DNA of 63,631 bases, counting the filler, from Nemertoderma westbladi (lineage: Eukaryota > Animalia > Xenacoelomorpha): assembly GCA_032718475.1 (NCBI GenBank). It is 3 parts of 3 records of this genome, joined end to end, with 100 filler letters (N's around TTAATTAATTAA, not from the genome) between each part and the next. Parts side by side here need not be neighbours in the genome. Positions count along the whole stretch, not along the records: positions 1 to 30,837 come from JAUCBJ010002036.1; 2 more parts are not named here. One strand, given 5' to 3'. Every line of letters starts with the position of its first letter. Positions within the stretch are counted from its first letter, which is position 1. The notes below the pieces were generated by a model. It was not told the origin of the DNA. It made no database searches and worked only from the letters and a program-made list of their open reading frames with translations. Shown piece by piece: positions 1 through 12,332 of the stretch. A program made the position numbers and the translations under genes.

Positions 1-116
1 CCTAATAACTTTAATTTTACATGATTCTGAATTCTGATATTGTTGTATTTAAATCTATTGCAGTACTGTAGTATAAATATGTTAATTTGTTCATTTTTAC
101 TGTCTGTTAGCCTACG

Positions 117-150
117 CTGATGATGATTTATTGATTAAATCGAAACGTTC
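117..150 (+). ncRNA. Degenerate minimal hammerhead ribozyme core (Penelope-like element remnant)
   Basis: CTGATGA (117-123), T, stem GATTTA/TAAATC around a 5-nt loop, then GAAAC-GTT. Stem I pairing is poor, so probably inactive. Confidence 0.45.
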
Positions 151-259
151 GAATTTAAATACTATAATAACTATGGCATTTTTTTCATTTGCTATTATCA
201 TAATATTCATATTAAGACTGAGATACCCCACTGGGACTTCAATCACTTCTATATCTAAT

Positions 260-372
260 AATATCTAATAAAATTTAAATAAAATATAAATATCTAATAA
301 AATTTAAATAAAATATAAATATCTAATAAAATTTCAATAAAATATAAATATCTAATAAATATCTAATATAAA
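260..372. repeat. AT-rich ~29-bp tandem repeat, about 3 copies
   Basis: ATATCTAATAAAATTTAAATAAAATATAA repeated. Confidence 0.8.
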
Positions 373-552
373 AAATATCTCTGATAAAAAATATATAGTA
401 CCAATTAATCTGTAAGAAGTAAATACTGTATAGAAATAAATATATATAACACTGAACAATTCAGACCGTTTCTTACTGTACCTTATATAATGGTATTTGG
501 TGTATAAATATTTAAGTATTATAAATAGCCTAACCCACTGTTACTTTTATAG

Positions 553-1489
553 GTCTGGAACATATATGGAGCTTGTAAACAATGTGAAGATTATTCAGCG
601 ATGAAGGATAATATGAAAACGGAATTTTATTTCAGGGATGTGGGAGTCGCACAGTCGGGGTCTTGTTGTTAAATGTCAAAGAATATACAAAATAGATTGC
701 ATCAACCATTACCAAAAGATATTCGTTAGCAGTTTGAGAGATCTTCGAAAAAACTCATCAGTATAGGTAAACTTTCCGAAGACAAGAAGCCAATTGGCGA
801 GGTAAACATCGACTGTCTCTAACAGCCATAGATCAACTGAGCAATTTATATGGGAACTGCTCTACGTAGATCTATTCAGAAGACGATCGGTAAACCGAAA
901 AGTGAGCATCTTCACCATCTAAAGAGGGAAATTTTAGCCTCACTCCGTCACTCTGTAAAAGGTGGGACACCAGAACGAAGGCACATGTATTGTCTTGAGG
1001 GCAAGGATTCCTTTGCTTCTACAGAAGGTAGGGACCATCATTGGTAAATAACCATCAGACAAAACTCATCATCTTGACTCTGGATTTCGGGGTCACCCCC
1101 TTCCAATCTACCGGCGTTTGTGCAAAGCCAACATGTTCAGGCAAGTTCTTCCAGGGTCGACCCAGAACCATTCCGAAGGAATAAACGCCATGGTATGGAA
1201 ACGTGCACCAAAGCACCGCTTTTTTGGTTCTAAACGCATCGAGTTCGCTGCTATGAGTGCAGTTCTGTACGACAATTGTGGATCTCAAGCTCGATCAACC
1301 ATTCTCAAGAAGCTTACAACAGACGTTCCAATTATGACATCAAGAGCTCAGACACGTAAAGACTACAAACGGATCAAGTCCAGTATTGAAAAAGAAAATA
1401 CAAAAGACAGTCGTAGATGTTCGCTTCTGGCTAAAATTGCAAGACTAGATGCTGAAGAAGATGAGTCATATTCTTATGTATTATATTAG
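553..1489 (+). pseudogene. Mutator-like (MULE) transposase, frameshifted C-terminal remnant
   Basis: Motifs in order across frames: DCINHYQK (cf. ECxGHVQK), IDQL..YGTALR, HMYC, and STQNHSEGINAMVWKRAPKHRF (cf. TQNxNESFNxxIWxRxPK). Confidence 0.75.
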
Positions 1490-1643
1490 CTTATAAGCCG
1501 AACTTTTTTCTCTTTCCTAAACTTTTATATTCTAGAATTGAAATAATATCTGAATAAATTTGGATATTTTTTGTCACTCGCAATGCTCGGTCAGGTGCCA
1601 AAATTCAACAGCTCCAAAGAGTTTCATTGATATAGGAATTCAT

Positions 1644-1911
1644 GACAGAATAAGCCGACAAACCGACAGACAGACAGACTAGATTTACGTAAACGTGAGA
1701 ACTGACATCAGAAATGAAATAAGCAACCCTTAAAACCCCCATAGGAGAATATTAGTTAGTTTGTATTCTTTCCTAACTTTCGACAGAAATACTGACAGAA
1801 AGACCGACAGACAGGCTGATAGACAGACAGACTAGATTTATGTAAACATGAGAACTGACATCAGAAATGAAATAAGCAACCCTTAAAACCCTCATAGCGA
1901 GAATATTAGTT
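1644..1911. repeat. Two ~115-bp direct repeats containing (GACA)n
   Basis: GACAGACAGACTAGATTTA.GTAAAC.TGAGAACTGACATCAGAAATGAAATAAGCAACCCTTAAAACCC occurs near 1667 and near 1822. Confidence 0.8.
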
Positions 1912-1954
1912 CAGCCATAGATCCCACCAGATCTATGATCCCACTAGATAGCCA

Positions 1955-2679
1955 CCAGATCAGCCATACACAGTGCCAGTGGACCAATGACATAACTCCC
2001 CAGATCAGCTATACACAGTGCCAGTGGACCAATAACATAGCTCCCCAGATCAGCCATACACAGTGCCAGTGGACCAATAACATAGCTCCCCAGATCAGCC
2101 ATACACAGTGTCAGTGGACCAATAACATAGCTCCCCAGATCAGCCATACACAGTGCCAGTGGACCAATAACATAGCTCCCCAGATCAGCCATACACAGTG
2201 CCAGTGGACCAATAGCAAAGCTCCCCAGATCAGCCATACACAGTGCCATTGGTCCAATGACATAGCTCCCCAGATCAGCCTTACACAGTGCCAGTGGACC
2301 AATAACATAACTCCCCAGATCAGCCATACACAGTGCCAGTGGACTAATAACATAGCTCCCCAGATCAGACATACTCACTGCCAGTGGACCAATAACATAG
2401 TTCCCCATATCAGCCATACACAGTGCCAGTGGACCAATAACATAGCGACCCAGATCAGCCATACACACTGCCAGTGGACCAATAACATAGCTCCCCAGAT
2501 CAGCCATACACAGTGCCATTGGTCCAATGACATAGCTCCCCAGATCAGCCTTACACAGTGCCAGTGGACCAATAACATAACTCCCCAGATCAGCCATACA
2601 CAGTGCCAGTGGACCAATAACATAGCTCCCCAGATCAGCCATACACAGTGTCAGTGGACCAATAACATAGCTCCCCAGG
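1955..2679. repeat. 45-bp minisatellite, about 16 copies
   Basis: Unit CTCCCCAGATCAGCCATACACAGTGCCAGTGGACCAATAACATAG. It explains the repetitive ORFs on both strands. Confidence 0.97.
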
Positions 2680-2789
2680 TCTCACGGTCAGCGATACACT
2701 TTCCCTATTATCAAGTCCAGTGTCATTGAGCAGGAGGCGTTTGAGAAAAGTCCTTTATATCAAACCATCGACCGGAAATTTTTCCGATT

Positions 2790-3942
2790 TTAAAATGATT
2801 TTAAATAGTTTATAAATGTAATGGAATACTCAAAGGAATATAGAATTTACTATCAGAACGTTAATTTAAATTTGTCCCAAATATGGTGTTTGTGTCCCAT
2901 ATTAGGTGTTTGTGTCCTATATAGGGTGTTTGTGTCCCGTATAGGGTGTGAATTGATTATAATGATAGAATTCACTACCATAGATTTAATTTCAATTTGT
3001 CCCAAATAGGTTGTTTTTGTCCCAAATAGGGTGTTTGTGTGCCAAATAGTGTGTGACTTTCTCAAAATGATTTTACAAAGTTTATAAATATAATGGAATA
3101 CTCAAAAGAAAATATAATTCACTATCATAGCTGTAATTTATATTTGTCACAAATAGGTTGTTTATGTCCCATATACGGTGTTTGTGTCCCATATAGGGTG
3201 TTTGCGTCCCAAATAGCGTGTGACTTTCTCAAAATGATTTTATATAGTTTATAAAGGGAAAAATATTTTTTTTATTATTCCATTATATTTATAAACTATG
3301 TAAAATCATTTTGAGAAAGTCATACGCTATTTGGCACACAAACACCCTATATGGGACAAAAACAACCTATTTGGGACATATTTAAATTAAAGCTATGATA
3401 GTGAATTATATTTCCTTTTGAGTATTCCATTAATTTATAAACTATGTAAAATCATTTTGAGAAAGTCACACGCTATTTGGGACACAAACACCCTATATGG
3501 GACACAAACACCCTATATGTGACATAAACAACCTATTTGGGACAAATTTAAATTAAAGCTAAGATACTGAATTCTATATTCTTTTGAGTATTCCATTACA
3601 TATAGAAAATATTTGAAATCATTATAAGCAATTCACACCCTATACGGGACACAAACACCCTATATGGGACAAAAACAACCTATTTGGGACAAATTTAAAT
3701 TAAAACTATGGTAGTGAATTCTATATTCTTTTGAGTTTTCCATGAGATTTAGAAACTAATTAAAATCATTTTGAAAAAGTCACACGCTATTTGGGATAGA
3801 AACACCCTATGGGATACAAACACTCTATATGGGACACAAACAACCTATTTGAGACAAATTTAAGTGAAAGCTATGATAGTGAATTCTATATTCTTTTGAG
3901 TATTCCATTACATTTCGAAACTCGAAAATTTTTTTAAATCAT
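2790..3942. repeat. ~160-bp composite satellite with 20-bp subrepeats, two blocks in opposite orientation
   Basis: Left block has (CCCATATAGGGTGTTTGTGT)n units. From ~3275 the same units appear reverse-complemented (ACACAAACACCCTATATGGG). Confidence 0.85.
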
Positions 3943-3944
3943 TG

Positions 3945-4200
3945 GTTAATTCACAAAGCGAGGTTATTTTGCTCGGTGATTATAATGTAGATGTTCTTAA
4001 ATGTAATGAATATTCTCTCAATTATTTATCTCTTTTTCACCAATACTGTTTTAATAATCACCTTATAAATCAGCCCACACGGGTTTATGGGAACTCTAAA
4101 TCATGTATGGATCATATTTTCTCTAAAATTGGAATCCTATGGTATTCATGGCTCGCCCCTAAAATTATTAAATAGCTATCTAGATGGTAGGAAACAATGT
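3945..4200 (+). mobile_element. CR1/L2-group LINE fragment (APE end joined to part of RT by internal deletion)
   Basis: VILLGDYNVD...QPTRV...SCMDHIF followed directly by KLESYGIHG..LKLLNSYLDGRKQ. Confidence 0.75.
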
Positions 4201-5480
4201 TTCGCCAAACTTGAATCGCTGATGGAGGCTATTGAAGCGCCTAAGCCCAGCGAGGATTGGGCCATTAAACGCTTGGGAGTGAACCGCAATGCGGATAATT
4301 CCTGGTCCGGTGCTACTCTCCAGACAAGGTCAAGAGCACTTCTTGTAACAGTGTCGAACAAGAGTGATCGTAATGCTATTTTACAGGCGGCGAGAAATCT
4401 GAAGAACGCCATGGATGTTAGTCTTCACAAGGTGTATATTAAAGCTGATGTACACCCTGCTATTCGGAAAGAGGAAGCGCGCGTGTGGCAACGAGCTAGA
4501 GAGGAACGATCTCTACCTGCCAATGCCGGGTGCATAATTCCTATTGACTATAGGAAGCGTGTGTTGTTGCGCAACGATATTGTTATCGACCGATTTAACC
4601 CGGCTTTCAAATTGGACTTACAGGCTCGCCAGTTAGATACTGTTCAAATTGGTACGTGTTGCACTGGCCCCTTATATTCGCTTAAACTATGCTCATGGAA
4701 CATTGCAGGTTGTAGGGACAAATTATACAGTGATAGAGTAGTTACTTTCTTTCAGAATTTTGATCTTGTATGGATTCTGGAATCTAAAACTGGGTCTAAA
4801 GTAAATGTCCCTGGTTTCAAAGCTTTTCCCAACGCTTCGAAATATTCTCACAGAGGAGGCATTATACTTTATATAAAACACTGTTTAGTCGCTTCTATTA
4901 AATCTATAGATTGTAGTACGGAGGGACAAATATGGGTGCATTTCAGTGAGCTACCGGATGTGATGTTTGGGGGTGTGTATACTGTATATCCCTCCTAGTG
5001 ACTCTCCTTACTTTGATGCTTTCCTGTTTGCAGAATTGCACCAGAGTCTAGCCGATCTTCCAACTGGTTGTGTTGCAGTAGGGGATCTGAACGCTCGTGT
5101 AGGTAAACCTGATTTACTTATCGACGCAATAAATTATGTGGGGTTAGCCAATGCATCGACGCAATAAATTATGTGGGGTTAGCCAATGCATCTTATATGA
5201 TCGGTCCCGACCACCAGGTCAACTCTAATGGGGGTGTACTAAGAGATCTGTGCGACTACAGACACTGTTGTTTGTAATAACCTCATTGTGGACGATGTGC
5301 ATCTCACCAGTGGTTTATCTTATCAAAAAGGCCAGAAATGGGTGTCAGAGTTGGACCTGTGTTTAATTGCTATGAGTTTGATATAAATTTGTTTGTTTGT
5401 TTCTATAAAGTCTCTTAAAACGGACCAGGATATGTCTTCGGGTTTATCGGATCACGCACCTTTATCGATATCGGTTGCTG
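4201..5480 (+). mobile_element. Second LINE fragment: ORF1 C-terminus plus decayed APE endonuclease
   Basis: RALLVT..DRNAILQAARNLK..VYIKAD (ORF1-like), then CSWNIAG, HRGGIILY, YIPPSDSPYF, GDLNAR, LSDHAPL (APE motifs) with frameshifts. Confidence 0.75.
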
Positions 5481-6836
5481 TACTGGGGTGGTTATATTGC
5501 AGAACCAAAATTACAAGTAGTGCACAATTTTCACAAAATTTGAAAGTTACATTTTTCGGCTAATTGTTCTTCAATACAGGTTTTCTGGGGCGCAAAATAC
5601 ATTGGAAAATATTTAAAAATGATATGATTACTATAAATGACTGTTTAGTCCTCTCTGCGTAGGAAAAAAGTGAAAAAAAAAGAAACCAGCACTTTTCAGT
5701 TAGAACACAAAATTTTTAATTCACCTATACGATGCTATAAATTCACATTTTCAGGTTTTCTAGGGCGCTGATTCTAATGGAATACATTTCTAATATGCCA
5801 GATCATTGCTACTTGTATTTTTCGCGTAATTTGGCAAGTTTTGGTGCTAGCACCAAATTTCGTACCCATCACCAAAAAGTACAAGTTTGCGATGTCCAGT
5901 GCTGTTTTTATTGATTTCATCGGATTCAGGACCCTCATAAACCCGTATAACACAAGAAACAATATGATACTATCTTCTGATCAATTTGCCTATTTTCCAA
6001 AATTTGGTGCTGGCACAACAATTTTCACCCACCGGCGAAAAATACAAGTTTGAAAACTCTTATGAAATTTTTACTGATTCCATTGAATTCAGAACCCTCA
6101 CAAACCCGTATAACGCAAGAAACAAGGTGACACAATCAATTGATATATTTGATAAATTTCAAAATTTGGTGCTAGTACCACATTTTGCACCCACTTGCGA
6201 AAAATACACGTTTGAGATGTCTAGTTCGATAATTATATATTCCATTGAATTCAGAACAGCCATAAACCTCTAAAAACGCAAGAAATATATTGTCACAAAG
6301 CAATTTTATCTATTGAATGGATTTTCAAAATTTTGTGCTAGCACCAAAATTTGCACACGGCGCCGAAAAATACAAGTTTGATACGCTTGGTGCAACTCGT
6401 ATATATTTCTTCAAAACCAGAACCCAAAAAACCCTAATTGCGTAAAAAATAAGTTTCAAACAATCAATTTACAAAATTGACATTTCAAAATTTGGTGCTG
6501 GCACCAAAATTTGGCACTCGCCGAAAAAAACAAGTTTGAAATTTCTAAATCAATTTATATGAATTCCATCCAATTGCTAACACCAAAAAACCGGTGTAAA
6601 TCAAAAATAGAGAGGTTACAATTCATATTTAATGAAATGTAATTTTCAAAAAATGTCTCAAAAAAAGTGCCAAAATTAGGGTTAAAAAATGGTGCTATAA
6701 CTCGAAAACTACCCAATATTTTTGAAAACGGTTTTCACTACTAGGACGACAATAGATTTTTAGGAAAAGTCATAAAATTTCAGATTCCCAACTGTGTTTG
6801 TTTCAGAATTATAATAAAAAAACCACGGGGGGTTAA
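5481..6836 (+). mobile_element. Truncated copy of the TTAA-flanked non-autonomous element at 10796-12332, inverted relative to it
   Basis: Reverse-complement match along its length to ~10800-12150; ends GGGGGG-TTAA; internal TTTGGTGCTAGCACCA palindromic subrepeats. Confidence 0.85.
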
Positions 6837-7059
6837 ATCAGTTTTAAACTCACATAAAGTAAAGTGTGAGGAGTACATTAATAAGTTTAACATTATTAAT
6901 ATTATTTCCCCCCCCCCCTTAAATTAATTAATTTGGACTTTTGTGCTTATGTTTTTTCTATTAGGTATTATTATTAATTACTTATTATTGTTTTCGCTGA
7001 ATCACTATCACTGAATTGTGTTTATTATAGACTGGACGGGCCGCATAACCGTTCGACTA

Positions 7060-8165
7060 CTACTGTCAAAATAAATGGGGTCCGCTCAAGTTACCTGCCA
7101 AGTATAACAGGAGTTCCGCAGGGTTCCATCCTTGGACCCATGCTGTTCCTGTTGTATATTAATGACCTCCCGTTGGCCTCATTTCTTAATACAGTGTTAT
7201 TTGCTGATGACACCAACTTATTTAAATCGCATGGCATAAACCTAATCAACATCGTCAACATCAACATCATGCCGACCTTGACTCTCTCTCTGAGTGGTTT
7301 GCTTCTAACCGCCTTCCACTTAATATCGGTAAAACTGTTTACTGTATGTATTCAAATAACCCGCGTAAATTAGAATCTCTGCCAAGTGTAAAAATCATGG
7401 ACTGCATCTTAGAATATAAGAAATAGGTTACATATTTAGGTCTTATTATTGATAATTTACTTAATTGGAAGTCTCATAGCCCATATGTTCTATCTTATGT
7501 CTCAAAAACTGTTGGTATTTTTTATAAACTTCGCTACAAATTACCACTTTTTATTTTGAAATCTTTTGAAATTATGAAAAGTAGCATATGGACTATTGCT
7601 GTGGGGTAGTACATATAATACCTATATTAAGAAAATCCGCATAAAAATTAACAATGTCGTGCGCGCAATAACCTTTTCTCCCTGGGATGCACCTTCTATA
7701 CGTATTTCTCGACAACTTGGTATCCTGCCCATTCATTCTCTGTATAAATTACATTTATGTATCAGGCCTTTACTAACAATTTACCTAGTGGCTTATGTAA
7801 TTTATTTCGTCAATCGAATATATATTAGTTATTAGTATATTATATATTAGTACATAATTATTCTACAAGAAACTCCTCCATCCTTAATTATTTTATCCCA
7901 CGGCTTCGCACCGCACGGGGTCAAATGTGTATTGAATATATGTGCCCGCATATTTGGAATGAAATCCCGCCATATACAGTATTGAGCGTGGCCACACAAT
8001 TGGTGGTTTTTCCACTGCAAATAAAAAATAATTGCTGCTGTCTGGAGATGATTAAGAAAATATGTGTAATAAATCAATCTGTTATTTTAATACATGCAAG
8101 AATTGTCACTATGGGATTGCTTTAGAATGGTATACTTAAAATAAATATATAAATTTGAAAAAAAA
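7060..8165 (+). mobile_element. CR1/L2-group LINE RT 3' fragment, decayed
   Basis: GVPQGSILGPMLFLLYINDL, LFADDTNL, YLGLIID..LNW, LWGST, PHIWNEIP; A-rich tail near 8150-8165. Confidence 0.85.
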
Positions 8166-8298
8166 GAGTTTTTTCTCCCTTTTTAGACATAATTACCTAC
8201 AGTATATCAGTATTTAAATACAACCAATAATCAAAATCCTGTATCATGCTAAAACTGATTGCTCATTAAATCTTACTTCACCACTAACATAATCTAAT

Positions 8299-8422
8299 AG
8301 TTCACACACCCCCTCACCCCGGTGGCAGCAACACTCAAAGTTCACACACCCCCCTCGCCCCAGTGGCAGCAACACTCAAAGTTCACACACCCCCCTCGCC
8401 CCAGTGGCAGCAACACTCAAGC
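8299..8422. repeat. ~41-bp tandem repeat, 3 copies
   Basis: AGTTCACACACCCCCCTCGCCCCAGTGGCAGCAACACTCAA repeated. Confidence 0.9.
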
Positions 8423-8728
8423 TTCGGCTTCTATGCTGTCTCCATCTTCTGTTTCCAGCATCCATCACATCTAACACGTTTGGGTTCAATTTTAGTGCAG
8501 TGCAATAAATTACAATAAATTACAGGTGGCGGGTGTTTTACATACGGAAGTAAATAAACGAAACTACAGTAATAATAAAGACAACATCTAAATATTAATA
8601 AAATTATTTTTTGTTACGAATTTTACGAATTAATTCAATTCTATACCCCCCTCCCCTCCCTTTCCTTCTTCCACTTACTGACCAATAAGAAGCTATGGAA
8701 TGAATCCCAGATACAGTGATTCCATATT

Positions 8729-9128
8729 GTGGATGGCACATTCACAAGAATGCTACGCCGGTTTCACTGTGTCAATACAATGCACACATCTCCAACCAGA
8801 CAGCAGACACTATATAACATTGGAGGTGTCTTATTGGTTCCTCCAAGCTTGACACTAGAACAAAGCCGCCTCCGCATTGCAGGACATTGCTTTCGCCCTG
8901 AGGACAAGCCAGTGCATAATCTTGTGCTTTGGCAGCCTCATGGAGCGAATAAGCATGGTGGACAGCCCATGACTTTCTTGAGACGCTTCTTAAACGACAC
9001 CGGTCGTGAAGATGCGGATGATCTAGCAAATGTCATGGGTGGTAGGGAGTTGTGGCGGCGCAATTTGGTTGCTGGCACAGCATTCTTAAAAAAGCAGCTG
9101 CAATGCAGCATGCCGATCCTAGTAGTAG
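8729..9128 (+). mobile_element. RTE-clade LINE family B, 5'-truncated 3' end
   Basis: DGTFTRMLRR..LRIAGHCFR..LVLWQP; homologous to 62485-63631; ends in TAGTAGTAG. Confidence 0.9.
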
Positions 9129-9205
9129 ATTCCATATTGCATGATTCAACTGCTTGTCAGCTATAAGTGGTTGTATGAAATAATTAATTAATGTGTCTGG
9201 ATTAA

Positions 9206-10275
9206 CCCTGCCCCGGTATGGTAAAAAATTATCCTTCACCGGTAACGTGGGGTATTTTTATACCCCAAATTGATAAGACATTTTAAGTAACATTAAACAG
9301 AAAAACACTTGCAATCCCTTACAATGGTGAAAAAATAAGTTGTGAATTTGTGTTTTTCAATTTGGTTGAAGTCTACCCAACGCTCAATGCCACAAAAGTT
9401 ATCCCACTACAATCGCGTTCATCGTTAACGTCGCGATGGGGCGTTTTGCAACAAGATACTATCATAGTGAAGCATTAGCTGTGTGAGAGTGTTTCTCATT
9501 TTAGGTTTTTTAGTGGTGTTATGGGTCAAGTATACCATTGCAGTTCCAAGAGGCATAAAATGAGTCAAATACCACCACTGAAAGTCAACTAGGTGAAATA
9601 TATATATATATATAGATATGCCCTATATCACCTCGCAATAGCAGAAGATCTTGAATTGTAATATGAAATTTACACCATGACTGCAAAAGTACTGATGATT
9701 TGGTCATTAAATGTGATTATTGTCCAACTAAATTATACATCATTGCAGTTACAATGAACCCATAATGAGACCCAAAAGGACAGAACACCACTAAGAAAGC
9801 CTACAATAAGAATTATTCACATATACTTAGCAATCTATCGCGATTAGGCCAAAGTCTTGGCTTGTGAAATACAGGCCATACACAATACCAGAATACAGTA
9901 GCTTCATAATACTGATAATTTGGTCTTAAAAGTAAAGTTAAAACATGCCTCTAACTGTCTAGCAGTCTAGTACAACTAAATCGACCATTGTGGTTCCAAT
10001 GACACCAAAATGAGTCACAAAGTACCACTAAACCAGCACCATAACGTTATGGGGTATTTTTATACCCCATCTTACCTAACTAAGTTGTTTTCAAATTAAA
10101 GGCCCATAACATTTTTCATAAACAAAATTGTATGGGTTTGACCCACACAATCGTTAGATTACAAGTTTTTTAGAAGATACTATGAAGCTGGACATACATA
10201 ATATGAGAGATTGTCGAAAAATATCAAAATTAATCCCCTTGGGGTATTATTTGTCCCCACGTTACCGGGGAAGGG
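9206..10275. mobile_element. piggyBac-like MITE (TTAA TSD)
   Basis: TTAA|CCCTGCCCCGGTA at left and TACCGGGGAAGGG|TTAA at right; a second left-TIR copy CCTTCACCGGTAACGTGGGG at ~9233 matches the right end. Confidence 0.8.
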
Positions 10276-10307
10276 TTAAATGACCTTATAAGTTACTTCT
10301 AAGAAAG

Positions 10308-10530
10308 TTTGTGGATGACGGCGCGCGTTTAATGTGGATGACGGCGCGCGTTTATTGTGGATGACGGCGCGCGTTTAATGTGGTTGATGGCACGTTTAAT
10401 GTGGATGACGGCACGTTTAATGTGGATGACGGCACGTTTAATGTGGATGACGGCGCGCGTTTAATGTGGATGACGGCACGTTTAATGTGGATGACGGCAC
10501 GTTTAATGTGGATGACGGCGCGCGTTTAAT
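10308..10530. repeat. 21-23-bp minisatellite, about 10 copies
   Basis: TTTAATGTGGATGACGGC(A/GCG)CG repeated. Confidence 0.95.
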
Positions 10531-10795
10531 ATTTATATTTAGCGTTTATATTTTTAGGTTAGGCTACCTTGAAGAAGCTAACGCCACTGCTACTACCACA
10601 CACACTGCATATTCTTCCAATTTGAAATGTCAATGTGTATTGGAGAGTCGCGATGGAGAACTTATATTAATTATAATTAAATAATTATCAACATAATAAT
10701 TGTAACTGCGTTTTTACTTGAACTGATATTATGATGTTATATATTATTACTGATGATGTTATATAACTTTTGCCCGTTTTAAAGATTTCGTTTAA

Positions 10796-12332
10796 CCCTA
10801 TTAAACCCCCGGGGGGGGGGGGGAGTGGTTTTTTTATTATAATTCTGAAACAAACGCAGTTGGGAATCTGAACTTTTATGACTTTTCCTAAAAATCTATT
10901 GTCTTCCTAGTAGTGAAAACCGTTTACAAAAATATTGGGTACTTTTCGAGTTATAGCACCATTTTTTAACCCTACTTTTGGCACTTTTTTGAGACGTTTT
11001 TTGAAAATTACATTTCATTAAATATGAATTGTAACATCTCTATTTTTGATTTACACCGGTTTTTTGGTGTTAGAAATTGGATGGAATTCATATAAATTGA
11101 TTTAGAAATTTCAAACTTGTTTTTTTCGGTGGGTGCCAAATTTTGGTGCCAGCACCAAATTTTGAAATAAGTCAATTTTGTAAATTGTTTGTTTGAAACT
11201 TGTTTTTTACGCAATTGGGGTTTTTTAGGGTTCTGAATTCGATGAAAAATATACGAGTTGCACCAAGCGTATCAAACTTGCATTTTTCGGTGCTGTGTGC
11301 AAATTTTGGTGCTAGCACGAAATTGTGAAAATCCATTCAATAGATAAAATTGCTTGTGACAATTTATTTCTTGCGTTTTAGAGGTTTATGGCTGTTCTGA
11401 ATTCAATGGAAAATATAATTATCGAACTAGACATCTCAAACTTGTATTTTTCGGATGTGGGTGCAAAATGTGGTGCTAGCACCAAATTTTGAAAACCATC
11501 AAATATATCAATTGATTGTGTCAATTTGTTTCTTGCCTTATACGGGTTTGTGATGGTTCTGAATTCAATTGAATCAGTAAAAATTTCATTAGAGTTCTCA
11601 AACTTGTATTTTTCGCCAGTGGGTGAAAATTGTTGTGCCAGCACCAAATTTTGGAAAATATGCAAATTGATAAGTAGATAGTATCACCTTTATGAGGGTC
11701 CTGAATCCGATGGAATCAATAAAAACAGCACTGGACATCGCAAACTTGTACTTTTTGGTGATGGGTACGAAATTTGGTGCTAGCACCAAAATTTGCCAAA
11801 TTACGCCGAAAAATACAAGTAGCAATGATCTGGCATATTAGAAATGTATTCCATTAGAATCAGCGCCCTCGAAAACCTGAAAATGTGAATTTATAGCATC
11901 GTATAAGTGAATTAAAAATTTTGTGTTCTAACTGAAAAGTGCTGGTTACTTGTTTTTTTCATTTTTTTCCTACGCAGAGAGGACTAAACAGCCATTTATA
12001 GTAATCATATCATTTTTAAATATTTTCCAATGTATTTTACACCCCAGAAAACCTGTATTGAAAAATAATTAGCCGAAAATGTAACTTTCAAATTTTGTGA
12101 AAATTGTGCACTACTTGTAATTTTGGTGCTGCAATATAACCACCCCAGTACATTTTTTCGAAAATGTTTTTTTTCGGTTGGATCCAGACAAGTGATACCT
12201 ACGTACAAACAAAAAATCAGACGTTTTAGTAAATATTTGTAGATTTTAGAGGGGGGGGGGGGGGGGGGGGCTCAATATGACCCCCCCCCCCCCGGTATTT
12301 CTACAACATTTTATAGCCCGGTACTAATAGGG
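10796..12332 (-). mobile_element. piggyBac-like non-autonomous DNA transposon, complete, ~1.5 kb
   Basis: TTAA|CCCTATTA ... TAATAGGG|TTAA termini, subterminal G/C runs, no transposase ORF; second copy at 5481-6836. Confidence 0.85.

Noticed and set aside
1935-2729. 264-aa and 232-aa repetitive ORFs
   Set aside because: By-products of a 45-bp tandem repeat that is open on both strands.
5774-6273. Short ORFs with homologs at 11378-11825
   Set aside because: The similarity reflects the duplicated non-coding MITE; no transposase motifs.
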